The notes under the pieces were generated by a model, which worked only from the letters and a program-made list of their open reading frames with translations, searched no databases and was not told the origin of the DNA. Below are positions 49,738-57,786 of a stretch of DNA of 64,000 bases, one piece after another. Within the stretch, counting starts at the first letter, position 1. Every line of letters starts with the position of its first letter. The translations under genes and the position numbers were made by a program. The DNA comes from an uncultured delta proteobacterium. GTDB lineage: Bacteria > Desulfobacterota > Binatia > Binatales > Binataceae. The stretch lies in the NCBI GenBank assembly GCA_963711565.1, contig CAVQEQ010000001.1, positions 1,024,001 to 1,088,000 on the forward strand, written 5' to 3'.

Positions 49738-50880
49738 TCACAGCCGCATCGGCATGACGACGTACGTGTACTGCTGATCCGTCTCCGTTCTGATGACGCC
49801 GGGGCTGACATCGTCGCTCAGTCCGAGCTCCACCGTCGAATCCGCGCCTTGCGGGATCACTCCCAGCGCCTGTTGCACGTATGACGCGTTGAATCCGATC
49901 GCGAATTCTTCGCTCTTGAAATCCACATCGAGCGACTCGCTGGCTTCGCCGGTTTCCGGACTCGTCAACGAGACCGTCAGCGTGCCGGCCGACAGCGCAA
50001 ACTTTACGCCGTGGTATCGCTCGCTCGAGAAAATCGCGGCGCGCTTGATTGCCGCGAACAGCAGATCTCGCTTCACGGTAATCTTGTATTTCGATTGCTT
50101 CGGGATGACGCCGCGGTAATCGGGGAATTCGCCCTCGACCAGCCGCATCGACACTTCGGTGGCACCGCGCTTCAGGTATGCGAGCTGACCCTCGAGGCTG
50201 AGCCGCACTTCGGCTTCTCCGCCTACATCCAGAATTTTGCGCAGTTCCGCGAGTCCCTTTCGTGGAATGATCGCGCCGCTCGGCATCGTGAATCCCGGCA
50301 CTTCGCGCTCGATCATCGCCAGCCGATGGCCGTCAGTCGCGACCATCCTGACCGCGCCGGGAGCGTTGGACTCGACGAACACGCCGCTCAGGTTGTAGCG
50401 GGCTTCATCGGGACTGACCGCGAAGATCGTCTTGTCAATCATCTGGGCCAGCACCGCCGCCGGAATTGCCAGTTCGGCCTTGAGCTGTTTCTTCGCGGCC
50501 CCCGCATCCTTGCCGGTGCTCTGACTCGGCATCGCGGGGAAGCTGCGCGGATCGAGGCCCATCATTTTGAATTTCGCGCGGCCGCATTTCAGCTCGACCC
50601 AATCGCCGTCGAGCAACGTCAGCGCGACTTCATCGCCTTCGGTCTCGCGCACGATTTCGAACAGCTTGCGCGCGTTTAGCGTCAGGCTTTTTTCCTTGCC
50701 GGAGCACGCGACCTGGGTGCGGATTCCGACTTCGAGGTCGGTCGCGCTGAGCATCAGCGAATTTCCGTTGGGTTCGAGTAGAACATGGCCGAGGATCGGG
50801 ACCGTCGTGCGCCGTTCCACGATGCCCTGGACCAGACCCAAACCGCTAAGCAGCGAAGCACGCTCGATTGCGAGTCCCAT
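49738..50880 (-). CDS. dnaN: DNA polymerase III beta clamp
   Basis: SATDLE, VATDGHRL, FPDY and VVMPMRL. Confidence 0.97.
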   Translation of the reverse strand: MGLAIERASLLSGLGLVQGIVERRTTVPILGHVLLEPNGNSLMLSATDLEVGIRTQVACSGKEKSLTLNARKLFEIVRETEGDEVALTLLDGDWVELKCGRAKFKMMGLDPRSFPAMPSQSTGKDAGAAKKQLKAELAIPAAVLAQMIDKTIFAVSPDEARYNLSGVFVESNAPGAVRMVATDGHRLAMIEREVPGFTMPSGAIIPRKGLAELRKILDVGGEAEVRLSLEGQLAYLKRGATEVSMRLVEGEFPDYRGVIPKQSKYKITVKRDLLFAAIKRAAIFSSERYHGVKFALSAGTLTVSLTSPETGEASESLDVDFKSEEFAIGFNASYVQQALGVIPQGADSTVELGLSDDVSPGVIRTETDQQYTYVVMPMRL

Positions 50881-50919
50881 GAATTGTTAGCCCGTCTTCC
50901 TATTCCGGATCTTTAGATA

Positions 50920-51110
50920 TCTAAAAAAGAATAGCAGTAATAGTAGGAGTTGTGGATTTGTTGATTGATACTGCAAGCGCCTGAAATTGAACGCCGATCG
51001 ATCGCTGAAAAGTTGTCGACGGAAAAGCGGCTGACCGACAGGGCCGGCCTTGCGCGCACCGGCCCTGTCGATAGCTCTAACGTTATGCGCACCTCATCCA
51101 CAGCCTCCCC
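50920..51110. other. oriC unwinding region between dnaA and dnaN (DnaA-trios and DnaA boxes)
   Basis: TAG-CAG-TAA-TAG-TAG trio run at 50932-50946 next to the degenerate box TGTGGATTT (50951-50959) and an AT-rich tract; TCATCCACA at 51094. Confidence 0.8.
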
Positions 51111-51121
51111 CACATCGATTC

Positions 51122-52534
51122 TCACGCCGCATTTGCGCGAATCGATTTAAGCTCGCGCTCGATCTTTTCGATCGAGAGCCGAAAAGCCGAATCACTGGTG
51201 ACCCGCCGCATGATCAGGTTGTAGGCGTGAATCACCGTCGAATGATCGCGCCCGAAATGTTCGCCGATCGTGGGAAACGAGCTGTCGGTCAGCTTGCGGC
51301 ACAGGTACATCGCCACCTGCCGGCAGAACGCGATGTGCTGGGTGCGCTTCTTCGACTTCAAATCGGTCAGCCGGATATGGAAAAAATCCGCCACCGTCTT
51401 CTGGATCGATTCGATGTCGGGCTTGGCGTCGTGATTGCGAATCAAATCCTGCAGCGACTGCCGCGCGAAATCCAGGGTAATCGTCGCGTCGTTGATCGAA
51501 GCCAGCGCTGCCAGCCGCGTCAGGCATCCCTCGAGCTCGCGAACGTTCGACGAAACACTCTGCGCGATATACATCGCGACCTCCGGCGCCAACCGCAGGT
51601 TTTCAAGCACCGCCTTTTTCTGCACGATCGCCACGCGCGTCTCGAGATCGGGCGGCGCGATATCGGCGATCAATCCCATCTCGAACCGATTGCGCAACCG
51701 CTCCTCGAGTCCCGGAATTTCGCGGGGAATCTTGTCCGAGGTCAGGATGATCTGATGCCGCTCGGCGTGCAGCACGTTGAAAGTATGGAAGAACTCCTCC
51801 TGGGTGCGCTCGCGGCCGGCCAGGAACTGTACGTCGTCGAGAATCAACGTGTCAACGCGGCGAAACTTTTCGCGAAACTCGTTCATCTTGTCGCGCCGTA
51901 GCGAACCGATCAGCTCGTTCATGAAAATTTCGGCCGGCATGAACAGCACTTTCCGCGGCCGCTCGCCGCTCGCATATATATGGTGCCCGATCGCGGTCAC
52001 CAGGTGCGTCTTGCCGAGGCCGACTCCGCCATAGATGAAGAGCGGGTTGTATTTTTCGCCCGGCTGATTCGCGACCGCCTGCGCCGCGGCATGCGCGAAC
52101 TGATTGGCCGATCCCACCACGAACTCCGCGAAACTGTAGCGCGGGTTCAGGCTCGGATGCCGATCTCCGCGCGGCGCGGCAGCAGTTGTCGCGCGATTCG
52201 CCGCGGACATCTTGGCGGTGCCGTTGCCGTTCGCGTGACCGTTACCATTCGCATGGCCGTTGCTCGTGCGTTGTTGCTGCGGCGCTGCCGCGGCGTTCTC
52301 GCCGAGCGTCAGCCGCACCTCGATTTCACCGCCGGCTTCCGCCGACAGCGCCGAGCGCATCATGCTCATGTAGCGTTCGTTGACCCAATCGCGAAAAAAT
52401 CGATTAGGCGCTTCAACAGTGACGGTCGATCCCTGGTGACCGACAAAATTGAGCGGCCCGATCCACGTCTCGTAGCCGACCTGACCGAGCTCATCGCGCA
52501 TACGGTCGCCGGCCCGTTGCCACAAACCATTCAT
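51122..52534 (-). CDS. dnaA: Chromosomal replication initiator
   Basis: YNPLFIYGGVGLGKTHL, DDVQFL, NVRELEG and RDHSTVIHA. Confidence 0.98.
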   Translation of the reverse strand: MNGLWQRAGDRMRDELGQVGYETWIGPLNFVGHQGSTVTVEAPNRFFRDWVNERYMSMMRSALSAEAGGEIEVRLTLGENAAAAPQQQRTSNGHANGNGHANGNGTAKMSAANRATTAAAPRGDRHPSLNPRYSFAEFVVGSANQFAHAAAQAVANQPGEKYNPLFIYGGVGLGKTHLVTAIGHHIYASGERPRKVLFMPAEIFMNELIGSLRRDKMNEFREKFRRVDTLILDDVQFLAGRERTQEEFFHTFNVLHAERHQIILTSDKIPREIPGLEERLRNRFEMGLIADIAPPDLETRVAIVQKKAVLENLRLAPEVAMYIAQSVSSNVRELEGCLTRLAALASINDATITLDFARQSLQDLIRNHDAKPDIESIQKTVADFFHIRLTDLKSKKRTQHIAFCRQVAMYLCRKLTDSSFPTIGEHFGRDHSTVIHAYNLIMRRVTSDSAFRLSIEKIERELKSIRANAA

Positions 52535-52610
52535 ATCGTCTCCCCCTGACCAAAACCGGATGGCAAAACACGTCCGGAACTAGCGCGCCGGTATCGAAAT
52601 GCGGCGCGAA

Positions 52611-52642
52611 TTACGCACAGTCTTATCCACACCTGTGGATAA
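52611..52642. promoter_or_regulatory. DnaA boxes upstream of dnaA
   Basis: Perfect TTATCCACA (52623-52631) and TGTGGATAA (52634-52642); degenerate TTACGCACA at 52611. Confidence 0.88.
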
Positions 52643-53132
52643 GCGGTATTTCCTTCGTTACAACCAACAATTTGACGGCACGACACGCCGGACTATCAAC
52701 TTGTCCGGGTTAAGATCGGTTCTGTTAGGCTTAAAAATTTGACCGAGAATACGACCGATATACACGCGCTTAAAAGCCATAGCTCACGCGCCGCGGATGA
52801 ACCGTTCAGTGGAAATGGGTTCTTACGAGTACGAAGTGTGCGGCCAAGGGAACGTGATAAACTTATTTCGCGATGAGGACAAGCGCGGAAAAAAATTTGT
52901 TGGGAAGCGCGCGAATCGTAAAGGAAATTTCGCGATCAATCGATCGCGCGGCGCGCGAGCAAAATTTTGCGCCGATCATGCGATCGCGTAAATTGGCTCT
53001 GGAAGCCAGCATCCGCGATCCTAAATTTTTACGCCTCCGCGCAAATTCGTCAAGCAATCGTCGCGCGCGATCATTTTTTTCTTCGCGATCGAAATTTTTT
53101 TTTCGCTCGCATCAAATCTTCAAGGAATCGCG

Positions 53133-54426
53133 GTGACATCACGCAAAAAATCAGATGAACTCTTCCACCGCGCCAGTGTTAAGATTCCTGGTGCGGTCAA
53201 TTCTCCCGTGCGCGCGTGGAAGGCCGTCGGCGCCGCGCCAATCTTCATCGAAAGTGGCAGCGGTGCAACTCTGATCGACGCGGACGGCAACGCTTTCCTC
53301 GATTACGTCTGCTCCTACGGCCCCGCGATCCTTGGACATGCTCATCCGCGCGTCACTCAAGCAATTGCTGAGCAATCTCGACTGGGTCTGGGCTTCGGCG
53401 CACCGACGCGGCTCGAAGTCGAGCTTGCGGAATTGATCTCGTCGGCGATCGAATGCGCACAAAAAGTAAGATTAGTTACTTCGGGAACCGAAGCCGGACT
53501 CACCGCGCTGAGACTGGCACGCGCTGCCACCGGACGCACAAACATAATCAAGTTTGACGGATGCTATCACGGTCATAGCGACTCGATGCTGGTGCGGGCC
53601 GTCGGGCGCGATGACTTTTGGTCAACCCGACAGCGGTGGAGTTCCATCGGCGGTCGCCGCGATGACGATGGTTGCGCGATATAACTCGATTGAGACAGTC
53701 GAAAGTTTATTTCGCGCCGCGCCTGAGAAAATCGCCGCCGTGATCGTCGAGCCCGTCGCCGCCAATATGGGCGTGGTAAATCCTCACCCCGGTTCTTTGA
53801 AAGCGCTCGCCGAAATCGCACACGCCAACGGCGCGCTTCTAATATGTGACGAAGTTATATCCGGGTTCCGTCTGTGCTTTGGCTCAGTCGCCGAAAGCAT
53901 GGGCGTTGCGCCCGACCTCATCATGCTCGGAAAAATAATCGGTGGCGGCATGCCCGTTGGCGCCGTCGGCGGCCCCGCGAAGATTATGGATCTGCTCGCG
54001 CCGGTCGGTCCGGTTTACCAGGCGGGCACGTTGTCGGGAAATCCGCTTTCTGTTCGCGCCGGTCTCGAAACACTTCGGCTCCTGAAGGGAAGCAACCAGT
54101 ACGCCGCGCTCGACTCTGCTGGCGCGCGCCTTGAAGCTGGATTGCTCGCCGCGCTGAAAAAAACCGGCCAGCCGGGATGCGTCAATCGCGCTGGCTCGTT
54201 GCTCACGATGTTCCTCGGTCCCGAGCGCGTGCGCGACGCCGACGAAGCTCGCACCTCGAACTCGGTCAGTTTCGCCAAATTTTTCCACGGGATGCTCGAG
54301 CGTGGCATAAATATTCCGCCGTCGCAGTTCGAGGCCATGTTTCTCTCGACCGCGCACACCAACGCCGACATTGACCGCACGATCGCCGCCGCCGCGGAAT
54401 CTCTGCGGGGCCTTTCAAACGGGTAG
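53133..54426 (+). CDS. hemL: Glutamate-1-semialdehyde 2,1-aminomutase, apparent frameshift at ~53601
   Basis: PGAVNSPVRA and GCYHGHSD in ORF1; GKIIGGGMPVGA, YQAGTLSGNP and PSQFEA in ORF2. Confidence 0.9.
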
Positions 54427-54437
54427 ATACTGAAACA

Positions 54438-54656
54438 ATGGCGATGAGCACTGGCAGGATGATGCGCTTCGCAGCGATCGGCTTCGAGTTCGCGTGGCCG
54501 ATGATCGCCGGCGCAATTCTCGGCCACTACCTCGACCTCTACTTTCACACCGACCCCTGGCTGACGCTCGTGTTCTTCCTGCTCGGAGTCTTTGTCGGCT
54601 TCTACCGCCTGATTCAGGAACTCGCACTCTTCCAACGCGAGAACCGCGAGTCTTGA
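54438..54656 (+). CDS. AtpZ/AtpI-family small membrane protein
   Basis: GHYLDLYFHTDPW with two TM helices, upstream of the F0 genes. Confidence 0.8.
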   Translation: MAMSTGRMMRFAAIGFEFAWPMIAGAILGHYLDLYFHTDPWLTLVFFLLGVFVGFYRLIQELALFQRENRES

Positions 54657-54705
54657 TTGACGGTCGCAGAGTTCTCAATATTCTCGGGAGATCGAGGTCA
54701 ATCCG

Positions 54706-54975
54706 ATGTGCAGGAATATAAAGACGCTCCACAATTTCGATCCTCCCGTCACCGACGAGGAAATTCGCGCCGCCTCGCTTCAGTTCGTCCGCAAAATATC
54801 CGGCTTCAACAAACCGTCGAAGGCGAACGAAGGCGCGTTCGTCGCGGCCATCGATGAGATAGCCGGGGCGTCGGCGCGGTTTCTTCGTTCGCTCGAAACC
54901 AATGCTCCTTCGAGGAATCGCGAGGAAGAAGCCGCCAAAGCGAAAGCTCGCGCCGCGGAAAGATTCGGCGCTTGA
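54706..54975 (+). CDS. DUF2277 family protein
   Basis: MCRNIKTL.NFDPP..EEIRAASLQFVRKISG. Confidence 0.85.
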   Translation: MCRNIKTLHNFDPPVTDEEIRAASLQFVRKISGFNKPSKANEGAFVAAIDEIAGASARFLRSLETNAPSRNREEEAAKAKARAAERFGA

Positions 54976-55376
54976 TGGGATTCTCGTGGTCAGTGCCGAC
55001 GATTGCGTCGATCCAGCGCACCAACTTCATCCTCGTGGTGGTCAGCTCGGCGATTCTCGCTTTGTTCGCCTCCGCCAGCCTGGCCGTGGGATGCATGCTC
55101 GGCGGCACAGTGGTGATCGCGAATCTGTGGATCCTGTCCGCTCTCGGCGGATTGCTGCTGGCCGCGTCCAGCGCGGGAGTGTCCGGCGCCGCCGCCAAGT
55201 TGGGCGCGCTCGCGATTCCGCTCAAGCTGTTCATCATCGTCGGCCTGGTCTATCTCATTTTCACCCGCGCGCGCGTCAACGGCGCGGGCTTCGGCGTCGG
55301 CGTCTTGACTCAGATGGCCGCTATCATTATTGAAACCGGGCGTGCTTCGGCTGCGCGGCGCCCGTCAAAAAGCTAA
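54975..55376 (+). CDS. atpI: ATP synthase accessory subunit I
   Basis: Four-TM protein directly before subunit a. Confidence 0.75.
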   Translation: MGFSWSVPTIASIQRTNFILVVVSSAILALFASASLAVGCMLGGTVVIANLWILSALGGLLLAASSAGVSGAAAKLGALAIPLKLFIIVGLVYLIFTRARVNGAGFGVGVLTQMAAIIIETGRASAARRPSKS

Positions 55377-55400
55377 GATCGCCGCGTCGGAGATACTTAA

Positions 55401-56096
55401 TTGCAAAAATCGGTAAATTTCCTGGAACTGCTCGGCGGCGGCAAGATTCCCGAGGTGATACTCGGTACTTGGATCGTGATGGGCATCCTGCTCGTCTTTG
55501 GACTCACAGCGCGCGCGTCGATCGCCGGCGCTAGCGATCCTGTAGTCCCCGAGGAAAGGGCCAGCCTGCGGTCGGTTGCGGAAGTCTTTGTCGAATGGTT
55601 CGACACTTTCGCCCACAACGTCCTCGAGACCCATCACTACCGTCAGTTTGTTCCATTTTTTGGTACGCTGTTCGTTTTCATTCTAGCCGCCAACTTCTTT
55701 GGACTGATTCCGGGGATGGAACCGCCGACTGGCGACTCCGACCTGACCTTCGGCCTCGGTGCAGTCGTCTTCGTTTACTTCGTCTATCAGGGCCTGTCGC
55801 ACGGCGCTGCCAACTTCGTGAAAAACGATATCATCGGCCCGGTCTGGTGGCTGTTCTTCCTTATGATCCCCATCAATCTCGCCGACCTGCTGTTCCGTCC
55901 GTTTTCGCTCGGCATTCGACTGTACGCAAACATGTTTGCCGACCACACGGTGCTCAGTATCTTCACCGGCCTGACGAAGCTCATCGTCCCGCTGGCGTTT
56001 TACGCGCTCGGGTCCATCGTGTGCATCATCCAGGCAATTATTTTCGTGGTGCTCGCGATGAGTTACGTTCGGCTCGCGACCAGCCACGGTCACTAG
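55401..56096 (+). CDS. atpB: F0 ATP synthase subunit a
   Basis: NFFGLIPG, RPFSLGIRLYANM and IQAIIF. Confidence 0.93.
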   Translation: MQKSVNFLELLGGGKIPEVILGTWIVMGILLVFGLTARASIAGASDPVVPEERASLRSVAEVFVEWFDTFAHNVLETHHYRQFVPFFGTLFVFILAANFFGLIPGMEPPTGDSDLTFGLGAVVFVYFVYQGLSHGAANFVKNDIIGPVWWLFFLMIPINLADLLFRPFSLGIRLYANMFADHTVLSIFTGLTKLIVPLAFYALGSIVCIIQAIIFVVLAMSYVRLATSHGH

Positions 56097-56202
56097 AAAG
56101 GATTTTTCGCGCCGGGGATTCCGTCCGGAATTTGAGGTGGTAGAGGAAGAGAGGTGGCCGGCTGCGGCACCCAGGGGCGCGCGAAAGAGAAGGAGGATCG
56201 AA

Positions 56203-56544
56203 ATGCTACGACACAGGATTGGAACCATAGTAACGATGGCCGGGATGGCCATCCTCGCGTCTCCGCTGCTCGCGATGGCGCAGGAAGGAGCCGCGGCGGC
56301 AGCGGGTAGCGGCGAGTTGCGCGCCGGCCTTATCGCGCTTGCCGCCAACATCGGCATCGGCATCGCGGCATTTGGCAGCGCGCTCGGCCAGGGCCGAATG
56401 GCGGCCTCGGCGATGGAATCGATCGGCCGTAACCCGAACAGCGCGGGCCAGATCTTCGTCCCGATGATCATCGGCCTCGCCTTCATCGAAGCGCTGACCC
56501 TGTACGCGCTGGTGATAGCATTCTTCCTGCAGGCGAAGATCTAG
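56203..56544 (+). CDS. atpE: F0 ATP synthase subunit c with N-terminal extension
   Basis: GxGxxxxG, RNP loop, FIEALTLY; AGGAGG SD. Confidence 0.93.
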   Translation: MLRHRIGTIVTMAGMAILASPLLAMAQEGAAAAAGSGELRAGLIALAANIGIGIAAFGSALGQGRMAASAMESIGRNPNSAGQIFVPMIIGLAFIEALTLYALVIAFFLQAKI

Positions 56545-56571
56545 CGATTGCACGCGCAGAATGTCTGGTAC

Positions 56572-56600
56572 AACGGGGCCCATCTCGGGCCCCGTTTCTT
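56572..56600 (+). terminator. Intrinsic terminator after atpE
   Basis: AACGGGGCCC/GGGCCCCGTT stem followed by TCTT. Confidence 0.7.
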
Positions 56601-56635
56601 ATGTTGCCGCAGATTGGGCGAGGCAACAAAGAGCC

Positions 56636-56663
56636 GGGATTCTTCGCTTCGCTCTGAATGACA
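56636..56663 (-). repeat. TGTC/CGTC-class REP half element
   Basis: Reverse strand reads TGTCATTCAGAGCGAAGCGAAGAATCCC. Confidence 0.55.
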
Positions 56664-56673
56664 CAAAGACAAT

Positions 56674-56774
56674 GGGTGCAGAGCCTGTCCTGAGCCTGCC
56701 GAAGGAGGTCACCCCCCGCGACGGTGTCGATGCCGAAGGAAGTTTGAAACCCACCGCGGGTTTCAAATTAAGTT
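56674..56774 (+). repeat. GGGTGCAG...TGAAACCCACCG repeat (homolog of 15148-15212 and 15385-15423) carrying the 24-bp insert
   Basis: GGTCACCCCCCGCGACGGTGTCGATGCCGA shared with 15394-15423; GCCGAAGGAAGT.TGAAACCCACCG.GGGTTTCA shared with the reverse complement of 15160-15192. Confidence 0.85.
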
Positions 56775-56790
56775 AGTAGTGCTCCACGCA

Positions 56791-57600
56791 TTATCTTCGC
56801 TTCGCGCCCTGCAGAATATCGAACGGCGCGCGGCTCTTCTCTCGCTTCAGCAACACGTACGTCGCGCCCGCGCCGCCGTCCGCGGGTCGCGCGCTTGTGA
56901 ATGCCAGCACGTGGCCGCCGATCGCGCCGTGCGAGAGCCATCCTGCCGACGCATGCTTGAGCACCGAATGCCCGCCGGGAGATCGCAGCCCGCGACCATG
57001 CACGACCAGTACCGTGCGCAGCCCTTTGCGCACCGACGCGATGATGAACTCTTTCAGCGCTTCCTTCGCCGCGCTCTGGATCATCCCATGCATATCGAAA
57101 TGCGCCTGCACGGCGAACTCGCCGCGCCGAAGCTGCGACACGAGCCGCGGGTCCAGTCCGACGCGGTAGCCCTCGACGTATTCGTCCGACTCGGTGATAT
57201 CGAAAGGCGCCTGTCCCGATACCAGATCGGACAGCAGCGCGATTACCTCCGCGTCTTCATCGACGATCGTGTGAGTCGTGGGAGGATCGAGCGGGATACG
57301 CGACCGCGCGTTGCCGTTGGCATGCAGCGGGCGCACACCCTCGAGCGCGCGCCGCAGAACGGACTCGTCGTCGAGCGGTTCCGCGACGACTGGCGCAGAT
57401 TTTTCGACGACCGTCGGGACGGGCGGCAAGGCCTTGGGCTTGATCGCCGCCGCCGGCTTCGACACCGTCCGCTCGCGCTCGGCGAGCATCTTCTTGAGAT
57501 CTTTGAACGGCGATGCGAAGACCCGTTCAGGCGCGGGCGTCGCCTTTCGTTCGCCGTCTCGTTCCTCGGCGAGGCGGCCATGCTTTCGCTTTTTTGCCAT
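56791..57600 (-). CDS. Smr-domain protein
   Basis: LRRGEF..FDMHG, VVHGRGLRS and DGGAGATYVLL. Confidence 0.9.
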   Translation of the reverse strand: MAKKRKHGRLAEERDGERKATPAPERVFASPFKDLKKMLAERERTVSKPAAAIKPKALPPVPTVVEKSAPVVAEPLDDESVLRRALEGVRPLHANGNARSRIPLDPPTTHTIVDEDAEVIALLSDLVSGQAPFDITESDEYVEGYRVGLDPRLVSQLRRGEFAVQAHFDMHGMIQSAAKEALKEFIIASVRKGLRTVLVVHGRGLRSPGGHSVLKHASAGWLSHGAIGGHVLAFTSARPADGGAGATYVLLKREKSRAPFDILQGAKRR

Positions 57601-57786
57601 CGGAAGGGCGTGGGTTCCTGACTAGCGCACGAGTGGACAGACTACGCTGCGGACACAACGCGGTTCAAACCGCCGCGCCATCGCAAGATAAATCGCGGGC
57701 CAAAATGATGCGCATCCGGTGCGCATCGACTACACTTGCGGGCGTGTCGCGAGCCGCTCTGAAGTTGCCGAGGTGAAGGTCGTCCT

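Noticed and set aside
52220-52265. NGHANG tandem repeat in DnaA
   Set aside because: It lies in the variable low-complexity domain II linker.
53590-53610. hemL frameshift as a true pseudogene or programmed frameshift
   Set aside because: Two bases are missing in the conserved AGSG motif of a core tetrapyrrole gene, with no slippery site. Similar indels in other genes point to assembly error.
56203-56544. Na+-coupled ATP synthase
   Set aside because: Subunit c has Gln and Glu but EAL instead of the ES/T Na+-binding signature.
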